Shown piece after piece: positions 47,341 to 56,599 of a DNA stretch of 64,000 nucleotides. The stretch spans positions 18,973 to 82,972 of the forward strand of contig JAZOBE010000037.1 in the NCBI GenBank assembly GCA_045595785.1, read 5' to 3'. This stretch comes from Eubacteriales bacterium (GTDB lineage Bacteria > Bacillota > Clostridia > Oscillospirales > CAG-382). Each line of letters opens with the position of its first letter. The stretch's first letter is position 1. The notes under the pieces were generated by a model that did not search any database, was not told where the DNA came from, and worked only from the letters and a program-made list of their open reading frames with translations. A program made the position numbers and the translations under genes.

Positions 47341-48612
47341 ATGAGCGCCTTTTCAATTTTCAAAGACAAAAGAAAACAGGCGAAAAAGCAGCAGACACCT
47401 ACTGCGGAGGCATATTATCAAAAGCTTGCCAATCGCGCAAAAATAGGTATGTTTGCGGTTATAATCGCATTGGTGGCATTTTGTCTGTTTTCATATTCCT
47501 TCTATCCCGAGGAATTGACAATCGAAAACTTCAGATATCTGCTTAAATTCATATCCTTTGAGCAGAATGAGAATATAGATATCGGCACGGAGCTCGCTTT
47601 TGATGCCGACAAGACCAACCGTTACACTATGGTACGCGGTGATATTGCGGTGCTCAGCAAGACACAGCTGGCGGTATATGACACATCAGGTCAGATACTG
47701 CAGAGAGTTGCTGTCAAAAACGATAATCCCATGCTGCTTACCGCAGGAAAGAATATGATAGTATACGATCTGGGCGGAAAAGAGCTGAACGTATACAACT
47801 CGTTTTCTCCCGTGTATACCGAGGAATTCGATTATCCTGTTTTAGGTGTATCCGCTTCGGAAAACGGTTCTTATGCGGTACTTTCCGGTGCAAAAAATTA
47901 CAGAAGCGCTATTTTTGTTTACGATGCCAATTACCGTCTGGTGTTCTCGCATTATTTCCCTACCGAATACTCCACCTATCTTCAGCTTGACAACAGCGGC
48001 AAAAAGGTTTTGGTACTATCTCATATTGCCGAAAGCGGAGATTATCTCGGCTCTGCCGCTTTGTTTGATACGGGAAGCGAAGAGCCTGTAGCCAATTTCA
48101 AATTCGCAGGCGAATTACCCCTCAGCTGTCATTTTACTTCTGACGGAGGGTATATTATACTTACAAACAAGTACATCCGCTTTTACGATAAGGACAATAA
48201 CGAGATATCCGAAAGTAAATTGGGTAACGGTATTATAAGCTGTTCCTACGGTGAAGGATATGCCGCACTCACGTTTGATACTGCCGGACTTGCGGAAAGC
48301 AAGACCTTTAAGGTATACGGAAGCGACGGAAAGGAAGTATACAACACATCAATAAAAACAGCATACGATGATATTCTTGTCAATAACGGCAGACTGTATC
48401 TGCTTTCATCGGGAAAGCTTACGGTGTATGATCTCGTTAACAATGATACTCTGTTTGACATAACGGTAGATAACGAAGCCGTTGATATGATAATATCCGA
48501 AGATAAGCTTCTTGTGTTTACATATTCCGGTGTAACGGTTTACGGTACGGATACACTTACCGAAATCAAGCCTGAGGATAACGAAACGTCTCTTGAGGAG
48601 GGTAATGAATGA
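47341..48612 (+). CDS. Membrane-anchored beta-propeller-like protein (DUF5711-like)
   Basis: Single N-terminal TM followed by repetitive beta-rich units; family name is tentative. Confidence 0.55.
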   Translation: MSAFSIFKDKRKQAKKQQTPTAEAYYQKLANRAKIGMFAVIIALVAFCLFSYSFYPEELTIENFRYLLKFISFEQNENIDIGTELAFDADKTNRYTMVRGDIAVLSKTQLAVYDTSGQILQRVAVKNDNPMLLTAGKNMIVYDLGGKELNVYNSFSPVYTEEFDYPVLGVSASENGSYAVLSGAKNYRSAIFVYDANYRLVFSHYFPTEYSTYLQLDNSGKKVLVLSHIAESGDYLGSAALFDTGSEEPVANFKFAGELPLSCHFTSDGGYIILTNKYIRFYDKDNNEISESKLGNGIISCSYGEGYAALTFDTAGLAESKTFKVYGSDGKEVYNTSIKTAYDDILVNNGRLYLLSSGKLTVYDLVNNDTLFDITVDNEAVDMIISEDKLLVFTYSGVTVYGTDTLTEIKPEDNETSLEEGNE

Positions 48613-49325
48613 ATATAGCACTTGATGTTATTATTTTGGTAATAATAGTAGTTAACGTTATAATCGCCTGGAAGCAGGGATTTGTTAAAATGGTGTTACG
48701 TTCCCTTACGGTAGTGGTTGCGCTGGCAGCAGCGTTTATGCTGGTAGTTCCTGTGAGAGACAGTCTTGCAGAAACGGGATTTGCCGAAAAAACGCAGGAA
48801 ACTATCCATACGTCTGTGCTGGAAATGCTGGATAATATTACCGAAAACGAGAAAAACGATTCCGAAGAAAACGGTGAAAGCCAAAAGAAGGATATTGTTA
48901 CCCTGTTGTCCTACGCCGGAATTGACGGAGACGAGATAAGCGCGGATATCGACAACTGGATAGACACGAAGGCAGACGAAATTAAAGTATCCATTGCCGA
49001 CAAGGTGGCGCCTGCACTGCTTAAAACTCTGCTTACCTTTATAGTTTTTACAGTGATATTCGTGGCAGTGTTTGTTGCGGCAACGGTTGCGGTGATACTG
49101 CTTGAAAAGTTTACCGAGCTGCCCGTATTAAAGCAAGCCAACACCGCTTTGGGAATTGCGGTGGGATGTGTTGTTGCCCTCGTTGAGGTGTGCACCTTTG
49201 TTTCGCTTACCCAGATGCTTATATCCTATAACGCTATCGGCGGAATATTTGCGGGAGTAACACCCGAAAGCACATTTTTATTCAAATTCTTCAGTAACTA
49301 TAATATTTTCGGTCTGCTGTTTTAG
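48609..49325 (+). CDS. CvpA family membrane protein
   Basis: LDVIILV...WKQGFVK; NTALGIAVG C-terminal pattern. Confidence 0.75.
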   Translation: MNIALDVIILVIIVVNVIIAWKQGFVKMVLRSLTVVVALAAAFMLVVPVRDSLAETGFAEKTQETIHTSVLEMLDNITENEKNDSEENGESQKKDIVTLLSYAGIDGDEISADIDNWIDTKADEIKVSIADKVAPALLKTLLTFIVFTVIFVAVFVAATVAVILLEKFTELPVLKQANTALGIAVGCVVALVEVCTFVSLTQMLISYNAIGGIFAGVTPESTFLFKFFSNYNIFGLLF

Positions 49326-49353
49326 CATGTCCGAAAGGAAGTGAAAAAAGCAA

Positions 49354-49902
49354 ATGCATTTTGAGAAAAAGCATATACCGAATCTTCTTTCGATATTGCG
49401 CTTATTAATGATACCGCTGTTCGTATATATTTATTTCACGGAAAGCGCACCCAAGATCTGGTCGCTGGTAGTATTCCTTACTGCTGAGCTTACCGACGTG
49501 GTGGACGGGGTCCTTGCGCGCAAATACGGTTGGATAACCGAAGCCGGCAAGGTTCTTGACCCTATGGCGGATAAGCTGATGCAGGCGGCGGCAATGGTAT
49601 CGTTATCTATTGAAAACAACTTTTTTATATGGATCGCCGTTATTTTCTTTCTTAAAGAAATGACGATGGTAACGGGCGCTTTGGTGCTGGCAAAAAAGAT
49701 AAGCACCGTAACACCGTCAAGCTGGTTCGGGAAAATGGCAACCGTCATTTTTGCGGCAGTTACAATGGTATTTATTATTTATCCCGATAACACTGCGATA
49801 AACGTAATACTCACGGTATTACTTGCGTCCGCACTCATATTCGCACTGCTGATGTACTATTTTACAATTTTCCGAAAAGTCGGAAAAGCTGACAAGGAGT
49901 AA
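49354..49902 (+). CDS. pgsA: CDP-alcohol phosphatidyltransferase (PgsA-like)
   Basis: IPNLLSILR; TDVVDGVLARKYGWITEAGKVLDPMADK. Confidence 0.85.
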   Translation: MHFEKKHIPNLLSILRLLMIPLFVYIYFTESAPKIWSLVVFLTAELTDVVDGVLARKYGWITEAGKVLDPMADKLMQAAAMVSLSIENNFFIWIAVIFFLKEMTMVTGALVLAKKISTVTPSSWFGKMATVIFAAVTMVFIIYPDNTAINVILTVLLASALIFALLMYYFTIFRKVGKADKE

Positions 49903-49905
49903 ACT

Positions 49906-52191
49906 ATGGTTTTGAAATTATGTTCCCGCTGTAAAAAGCGTGTGGCTGTGATATATATGCAGCGTATTGACAACGGCAATACCGTTAACGAGGGTCTTTG
50001 CCTTAAGTGCGCTCGAGAGATGGGTCTTAAGCCCGTTGACGATATTCTTGAAAGAATGGGCATAACTCCCGAGGAGTTTGATGCTATGTCTGACGAGATA
50101 TCCGGTCTTGTTCCCACCGAGGGTATGGATAACGGAGAAAACGAGGGCAGAGCCCCCTCCCTTAATCTGGGTCCCCTCTTCCCTGCTCAGGAAGGACTTA
50201 ACCTTCCCGACGAGGTGAGAAAAGACAAGCAAAATGCAAAAGAAAACAAAAACGACAATAAAAAGGCAAAGCCCCGCAAGTTTTTGGAGCAATACTGTAT
50301 TGACCTTACCGGCAGAGCAAGAGAAGGCAAGCTGGACAAGGTGATTGGCAGAGGCAGCGAGCTTGAAAGAGTTATGCAGATACTCTGCCGCAGGCAAAAG
50401 AACAATCCCTGCCTTATCGGTGAGCCCGGTGTAGGTAAGACCGCAGTGGCAGAAGCGTTGGCTTCCCGTATAGTTGCAGGCAGCGTACCCTACAAGCTTA
50501 AAGATAAAGAGGTAATGCTGGTTGACATGACGGCTATGGTTGCGGGAACACAGTTCCGCGGTCAGTTTGAAAGCCGTATGAAGGGTCTTATTGAGGAAGT
50601 AAAGCAAAACGGTAATATAATTCTGGTTATTGACGAGGTCCACTCTATTGTAGGCGCAGGCGATGCAGAGGGCGGTATGAACGCCGCCAATATTCTGAAA
50701 CCTGCTCTTTCCAGAGGCGAGATACAGCTTATAGGTGCCACTACCCTTACCGAATACCGCAAGTATATTGAGAAGGATGCGGCGCTTGAGCGCAGATTCC
50801 AGCCTGTTATGATAAACGAGCCCTCTATTGAGGACAGCGTGAAGATACTTGAGGGAATCAAAGAGAATTACGAAAAGTTCCACGGAATCCGCATTCCCGA
50901 CGGAATGTGCCGCAGAATGGTAGTGCTTTCCGAAAGATATATTACCGACAGATATCTGCCCGATAAGGCGATTGACCTTATGGACGAGGCGTGCGCTAAC
51001 CTCTCTATGAATTCCGACGTGGTCAACAAGATAAACTCGTTGGCAGATGAAATAAAAGCACTGAACGAAAAGCAGGCGGCACTGGAAGCAAAAACTGAAA
51101 AAACCGATGAGGATTTTGCATCTATTGCATCCGTAAAAACCGAGCTTATTCAGAAGAACAGTCTTTTTGACAGTCTTTCCGCAGAAAGAGATACACTTAC
51201 CGTAACCGAGCAAGACTTGGCAAAGGTAATAGAGATATGGACAGGTATTCCCGCTTCCAGTATAAGCGAAAATGAATTTGAGAAGATACAAAACCTTGTT
51301 CCCGCAATAAAGGACCGCATTGTCGGTCAGGACGAGGCAGTGGAAAAGGTTGCAAAGGCTGTACGCCGCTCCAGAGCAGGCATCTCTTACAAGAAAAAGC
51401 CGGTATCCTTTATTTTCGCAGGACCTACCGGTATAGGTAAGACCGAGCTTGTTAAGGTGCTGGCATCCTATCTGTTTGATTCTCCCGAGTCTCTTATCCG
51501 TCTGGATATGTCCGAATATATGGAGAAATATTCGGTTTCCCGTATTATCGGTTCTCCTCCCGGATACGTGGGATATGACGATGCAGGTCAGCTTACCGAA
51601 AAGATTCGCCGCAAGCCCTATTCCGTAGTACTGTTTGACGAGATAGAAAAAGCACACCCCGACGTGCTGAACATCCTGCTTCAGATACTTGATGATGGCA
51701 GAATAACCGATTCTCACGGAAAGACGGTAAACTTTGAAAACGCAGTTATTGTAATGACCACCAACGCAGGCAGCACGGATATTTCCTCTGCCGCAGGCTT
51801 TACCACCACCGCAAAGGCTTCCGACGAAGCAAGAGTGAGAAAGGCGCTGGAGCAGTTCCTGCGTCCTGAGTTTATCAACCGTGTCGACGATATCGTTGTG
51901 TTCAACCGTCTTGATAAAACACATTTCGCATCTATCTGCCGTATTATGCTGGGTGACCTTGAAAAGGTGCTCAACGAAAAGGATATATCCCTTTCCTACG
52001 ACGAAAAGGCTGTTGATATGCTGGTTGAAATGGGTTATTCCGATAAATACGGTGCCCGTAACCTGCGCAGACTTATACAGACAGAGGTTGAAGATGCGCT
52101 GGCAACTGCGCTGATTGAAAACACCGCAAACACTATAAAGTCGGTAAATCTGTCTGCAGACGAAAACGGAGTAGTTATTACTACCGTTTAA
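49906..52191 (+). CDS. ATP-dependent Clp protease ATP-binding subunit (ClpC/ClpE-like, N-terminal Zn finger)
   Basis: CSRC...CLKC; GEPGVGKT, DEVH, DAALERRFQ; second AAA GPTGIGKTE, DMSEYMEK, FDEIEKAH. Confidence 0.93.
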   Translation: MVLKLCSRCKKRVAVIYMQRIDNGNTVNEGLCLKCAREMGLKPVDDILERMGITPEEFDAMSDEISGLVPTEGMDNGENEGRAPSLNLGPLFPAQEGLNLPDEVRKDKQNAKENKNDNKKAKPRKFLEQYCIDLTGRAREGKLDKVIGRGSELERVMQILCRRQKNNPCLIGEPGVGKTAVAEALASRIVAGSVPYKLKDKEVMLVDMTAMVAGTQFRGQFESRMKGLIEEVKQNGNIILVIDEVHSIVGAGDAEGGMNAANILKPALSRGEIQLIGATTLTEYRKYIEKDAALERRFQPVMINEPSIEDSVKILEGIKENYEKFHGIRIPDGMCRRMVVLSERYITDRYLPDKAIDLMDEACANLSMNSDVVNKINSLADEIKALNEKQAALEAKTEKTDEDFASIASVKTELIQKNSLFDSLSAERDTLTVTEQDLAKVIEIWTGIPASSISENEFEKIQNLVPAIKDRIVGQDEAVEKVAKAVRRSRAGISYKKKPVSFIFAGPTGIGKTELVKVLASYLFDSPESLIRLDMSEYMEKYSVSRIIGSPPGYVGYDDAGQLTEKIRRKPYSVVLFDEIEKAHPDVLNILLQILDDGRITDSHGKTVNFENAVIVMTTNAGSTDISSAAGFTTTAKASDEARVRKALEQFLRPEFINRVDDIVVFNRLDKTHFASICRIMLGDLEKVLNEKDISLSYDEKAVDMLVEMGYSDKYGARNLRRLIQTEVEDALATALIENTANTIKSVNLSADENGVVITTV

Positions 52192-52235
52192 GACTTTACC
52201 CAAGAACATTTTCATCCGAAAGGAGAAAAGTATAA

Positions 52236-54944
52236 ATGCCGGATTATTCCGAGAGAATAAGAACAATAACCTCAAACAGCCGTAAGCAGGCGGAGGGCGT
52301 GTTCGAGCCGGAATCCATGGATATCGAAGAGCTGGCGGTGTTTCTTGAAAGTGACCTTGCCGACGGACTTGACGAAGAAACCGTAAAAAAGATACGCCGT
52401 ATTAAAGGCGCAAACACCTTGTACGACGAAATAAAAACAGGGTTTACCACCAGCTTCAAAAGTCAGCTTCAAGGACTTATGGGGCTGTTCCTTGCCGCAA
52501 CTGCGTTTCTGACATACGTATTCCAGCCTGACAGACCTGAGCTTATACTGCTGGGAGTTACGGTAATTATAATAATGTTTATAAACGCAGGCTTGGAGGC
52601 ATCGGCATCACAATCGCTGGAGCGTATACGAAATTATTCTGCTACAAGAGCCACCGTAACCAGAAACGGAAAAAGGTTTGTTATTGACAGCCGCGGTCTT
52701 GTGCCGGGCGATATAATAACCTTGGAAACGGGAAACATTGTCCCTGCGGACGCAAGACTTATCTCCTGCGCCCATTTATCCGTGCTGGAAACATCGGTAA
52801 ACGGAAAGAACGAGGCGGTGTTCAAGACGTCCGCAATAGAATACAACCGACCGGATATGCTGTGCCACACCAATATGGTTTATGCAGGCACTGTAATTAC
52901 CGGCGGAAGCGGAACGGCGATAGTGTGTGAGACAGGCAAAAACGTGCTTACACGCAAGGTGAACACCAAGCAAGCACAGGATTATACTCCCGGTCTGCTT
53001 AAATACGCTTCTGCAGTTGGAAAAGCAATGTCGTTTATTTCAGTTATAATTTGCTTTTTGCTTCTTGCACTGGGAATTGCCGCAGGCAGGGATATTGCAG
53101 ATATGTTTTTGCTGTCTCTTACGTTAGGTTATATCTCCATGTATGACAGCTGCCGAGCCCTTACCTTTATATCCCTTGGACACGGCACCAAAAAGATGCT
53201 TGAGAACAACGCCGCCGTAGGTAATCTTAACAGTATCGGCAAGTTGGGCAACGTAGACACGGTTATGTGCTCGCGCAAGCAAGCATTTCCGCCCAGAAAT
53301 ATGTTCGTAACAGAGCTTTACACCGACGGAGAGATAACCGATATTCGCAAGGCAGAGACGGAAAATCACAAAAAGCTGCTGAAATATGCGCTTATTTGCT
53401 CTGACGTAAAGAAAAACGCCGACGAAAAGGGACGTCAGCGAGGCAGGCACAGATATACCGGACGAAAGCCGGATATGGCTATTGCAGACGCCTGCGATTA
53501 TATGCTGGCTGATATTTCCAACCTTGAGGGCGAGTTTTTCCGTATAGATACCGAGGTTTCCTCAAACAGTATAGTTACCAGAACTTTGGTGCTTTCCGGC
53601 GGAAAAACCTTTGTTATTGTAAGAGGAACTCCCGAATCCATTATAAGCCGTTGCATGGGATACCGCAAAAACGGTTCGGTATACCGTATGAACGATGCCG
53701 CCGTTACCCGTATGAACGAGGCAATCCAAAAGATGCAGGAAAAAGCGGAAACGGTTATTGCAGTTGCTACGGGACGTACCGATTCCGATACGCTGAAGGA
53801 TTATTCGGTAGAGGACAAGCTGGTGCTTATGGGCTTTATCGGACTTGGCTCTGCTTTCAGAGTTGACCCTGCCGCCGCAGTATACAAATGCCGCCGCGCA
53901 GGAATAGAGACTGTTTTGCGAAGCGAGGAAGCGTATTATCCTTCCCTCTCTCTTGCAAAGGAAGCGGGAATTATCACCGATGAAAGCCAGGCGATATCCG
54001 CAGAAGGAATAAGAGAGACTGACCCGGGTCTGTATATTGCCAACCAGCCTGAGTACAAGCTGTTCGTAGGAATAGATGACGAGCAATGGCTGGAGGCGCT
54101 CCGTTACCGACATGAGGACAAGCGTTATATTGCCGTTACAGCAGGCGGTATGGAAGATCTGCCATTGGTTCAGGAGGCGGACGTTACCTTTGTAAGCGAT
54201 ACCGATTCGCCTGACACGTTAAAGCACGAAAGCGATGTTATTATGCTGGAGGACGGTTTCCACATAATCTCTTATGCCATCGGTGCCGCCAAAACCATAT
54301 CAGCACGAATACACGCTGTAACCGAATATTTGTGTGTGGCGTTTATCACTGCACTTATTGCAACGGTTGCGGGAATTCTTTTGGGAACAGACGTACCGCT
54401 GAGACTTCAGGATATGCTGTTTGGCGGAGTAATATTTAATTTTATTATTGCGCTTTCCCTTACCTTTGCCCCTACAAACAAAAATATATTGGCAGAAAAG
54501 CTAAAGAAGTATAAGACCAAACCGTCGGTAAAGGATTTTATATATCCTATACTGTACTCCGTATTCGGCGGCGGTGCGCTCACCGCAGTATATATTCTCT
54601 GCGGAAACACCTGCGCATTTATGGCATTGGCTGTATTACTTATACTTTACGCACTAACCAACATATCAAGAAAGCCGCTGTTTTTGCCTACTCCCCTCGG
54701 AATAAGTAAAATACTTATTGCGGCGGTAATAATTACCGCGCTGGTCTGCTCGATCGTGTATATCCCCTTTATGGCGGAGATTTTCGGATATACTCCTCCA
54801 ACGGGTATAGCATACGGTATAACCGCGGCGATAACACTGGGTTATTACGCGTTGGCGCAGATAGCCAAGCTTATTTACGGTATCATTATTAAAAATAAAG
54901 ATAAACCAAAATTCAAATTAGAAAATCAACAGGAGGATTTTTAA
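52236..54944 (+). CDS. P2-type ATPase-like protein with degenerate catalytic motifs
   Basis: P-type layout (VPGDII, VPADARL, NMVYAGT) but CSRKQAF, NGKN, RSEE and AGGMED replace CSDKTGT, TGES, TGD and GDGVND. Confidence 0.8.
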   Translation: MPDYSERIRTITSNSRKQAEGVFEPESMDIEELAVFLESDLADGLDEETVKKIRRIKGANTLYDEIKTGFTTSFKSQLQGLMGLFLAATAFLTYVFQPDRPELILLGVTVIIIMFINAGLEASASQSLERIRNYSATRATVTRNGKRFVIDSRGLVPGDIITLETGNIVPADARLISCAHLSVLETSVNGKNEAVFKTSAIEYNRPDMLCHTNMVYAGTVITGGSGTAIVCETGKNVLTRKVNTKQAQDYTPGLLKYASAVGKAMSFISVIICFLLLALGIAAGRDIADMFLLSLTLGYISMYDSCRALTFISLGHGTKKMLENNAAVGNLNSIGKLGNVDTVMCSRKQAFPPRNMFVTELYTDGEITDIRKAETENHKKLLKYALICSDVKKNADEKGRQRGRHRYTGRKPDMAIADACDYMLADISNLEGEFFRIDTEVSSNSIVTRTLVLSGGKTFVIVRGTPESIISRCMGYRKNGSVYRMNDAAVTRMNEAIQKMQEKAETVIAVATGRTDSDTLKDYSVEDKLVLMGFIGLGSAFRVDPAAAVYKCRRAGIETVLRSEEAYYPSLSLAKEAGIITDESQAISAEGIRETDPGLYIANQPEYKLFVGIDDEQWLEALRYRHEDKRYIAVTAGGMEDLPLVQEADVTFVSDTDSPDTLKHESDVIMLEDGFHIISYAIGAAKTISARIHAVTEYLCVAFITALIATVAGILLGTDVPLRLQDMLFGGVIFNFIIALSLTFAPTNKNILAEKLKKYKTKPSVKDFIYPILYSVFGGGALTAVYILCGNTCAFMALAVLLILYALTNISRKPLFLPTPLGISKILIAAVIITALVCSIVYIPFMAEIFGYTPPTGIAYGITAAITLGYYALAQIAKLIYGIIIKNKDKPKFKLENQQEDF

Positions 54945-54946
54945 CA

Positions 54947-55135
54947 ATGATTACAAAAGATTCCATCATCGGCGACGTTCTTGATAACGCACCCGAAAAA
55001 GCAAAGTATTTTCTCGAAATCGGCATGCACTGTCTGGGCTGTCCTCACTCCAGAGGCGAGACTATTGAGCAGGCGTGCGCAGTTCACGGCGCAGACCTTG
55101 AGCAGCTTCTCGCAAAGCTTAACGGAAAGGACTAA
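54947..55135 (+). CDS. DUF1858 domain-containing protein
   Basis: 62 aa; GMHCLGCP...ETIEQACAVHG. Confidence 0.85.
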   Translation: MITKDSIIGDVLDNAPEKAKYFLEIGMHCLGCPHSRGETIEQACAVHGADLEQLLAKLNGKD

Positions 55136-55141
55136 TTGAAA

Positions 55142-55675
55142 ATGGGAAAAATAAAGACTTTTGCTGACGATTTTAAGAAGTTTATTTCTCAGGGAAATAT
55201 CCTTGATATGGCTGTCGGTGTCGTTGTCGGTACCGCATTCAAGGCTATCGTTTCCTCTCTCGTTGCAGACGTTATTATGCCCTGCATCGGTTTCCTCCTC
55301 GGCGACGTAAACTTTACCGACCTTAAATGGGTTCTGGTAGAAGCAGTTGCAGAGGTTGTTAACGAGGAAGGCGCAGTAGTTACTCCCGCAGTTGCAGAGG
55401 TAGCTGTTAAGTACGGTCAGTTTATCCAGTACATAATTGATTTCCTTATCATTGCGTTTACTATGTTTATCGTAGTAAAGGTTGCTATGTCCTTCCGCAA
55501 TAAGCTGGAAGCAAAGAAGAAGGCTGAAGCAGAAGCAAAGGCAGCGGCAGAGGCTGCGGCAAAGGCTGCAGAGGAAGCTGCAAAGGCTGCTATCCCCGCA
55601 GAGCCTACCGTTGAGGAAAAGACTCTTTCCGCACTGGAGGACATCCGCGATTACCTTAAGGGTATGAACAAATAA
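55142..55675 (+). CDS. mscL: Large-conductance mechanosensitive channel
   Basis: FKKFISQGNILDMAVGVVVG, SSLVADVIMP, YGQFIQYIIDFLII, LEDIRD. Confidence 0.93.
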   Translation: MGKIKTFADDFKKFISQGNILDMAVGVVVGTAFKAIVSSLVADVIMPCIGFLLGDVNFTDLKWVLVEAVAEVVNEEGAVVTPAVAEVAVKYGQFIQYIIDFLIIAFTMFIVVKVAMSFRNKLEAKKKAEAEAKAAAEAAAKAAEEAAKAAIPAEPTVEEKTLSALEDIRDYLKGMNK

Positions 55676-55676
55676 A

Positions 55677-56555
55677 ATGAAGTACATTATCGGTGTTGAC
55701 GGCGGTGGAACCAAAACCGCCGCCGCCCTCGCTGATATCAATGGGAAGGTTTTGCGTATATCTTATTCTGCTGGCTGTAATCCCAACGATATCGGCTTTG
55801 AAAATTCGACCAAAAACATATTTTCCGCCGTTCAGGCTTTGGATGTTGATATCCACAGCATCGCCGCTATATACTGCGGTGTTGCGGGAATAACCGCTGC
55901 CGACTACAGCGCCCGCGCAAATGCTTGGTTAAGAGAAACGTTTCCGCAAGCAAGGTCGGAAGCTCTGCACGACGGTATAAATGTGATATATTCAGCTTTT
56001 CCCGAGGGGGACGGTGCCATTGTTATATGCGGTACGGGTTCTTCCTGCTTTATGAAAAAAGGAAAAGAGATAATCCGTATCGGCGGATACGGCAAGTTCG
56101 ATTGTATCGGTAACGGATATGAGATCGGCAAATCCGCCGTATCACACGCACTACGCTGTCTGGACGGACGCGAGGAATGCGGTGTGCTTAACGGTCTTGT
56201 TACCGAAAAGATAGGAAGCGACCTGCTCAGCGCGCTTTCTGACCTTATTGCCGCAGACAAAAAGCATATTGCATCCTTTGCTCCGCTTGTATTTGAAGCG
56301 TACCAAAAGGGTGATATATATGCCTGCGCCATACTTGAGCAGAATTTTGAGTATTTGGCGGGGCTTATTAACCGCGCCTGCGAAATATACGGCGGTGAGA
56401 TACCCGTGTGTATGGCAGGCGGTATCGGCAAACAGGAAATAACAAAGAAAATAATAAAAAAATATTTGCTGTTTGAGCCTGAGATAACCACGTTGAATAC
56501 AGAACCTGTATACGGCGCGGTGGCAAAAGCAAAAGAGATATTGACAGCAAACTAA
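55677..56555 (+). CDS. BadF/BadG/BcrA/BcrD ATPase family protein (GlcNAc kinase-like)
   Basis: IGVDGGGTKT, CGTGS, GGYG, AGG. Confidence 0.85.
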   Translation: MKYIIGVDGGGTKTAAALADINGKVLRISYSAGCNPNDIGFENSTKNIFSAVQALDVDIHSIAAIYCGVAGITAADYSARANAWLRETFPQARSEALHDGINVIYSAFPEGDGAIVICGTGSSCFMKKGKEIIRIGGYGKFDCIGNGYEIGKSAVSHALRCLDGREECGVLNGLVTEKIGSDLLSALSDLIAADKKHIASFAPLVFEAYQKGDIYACAILEQNFEYLAGLINRACEIYGGEIPVCMAGGIGKQEITKKIIKKYLLFEPEITTLNTEPVYGAVAKAKEILTAN

Positions 56556-56569
56556 AAATGTTGTATTAT
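56541..56569 (+). promoter_or_regulatory. sigma-A promoter directly upstream of thrS
   Basis: TTGACA-17 nt-TATTAT with extended TG, overlapping the end of the upstream gene. Confidence 0.65.
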
Positions 56570-56599
56570 TTACATTAATAATCTATGGAGGAAAATGCT

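Noticed and set aside
49918-52275. 785-aa minus-strand ORF
   Set aside because: Antisense shadow of the Clp ATPase gene; no recognisable protein features.
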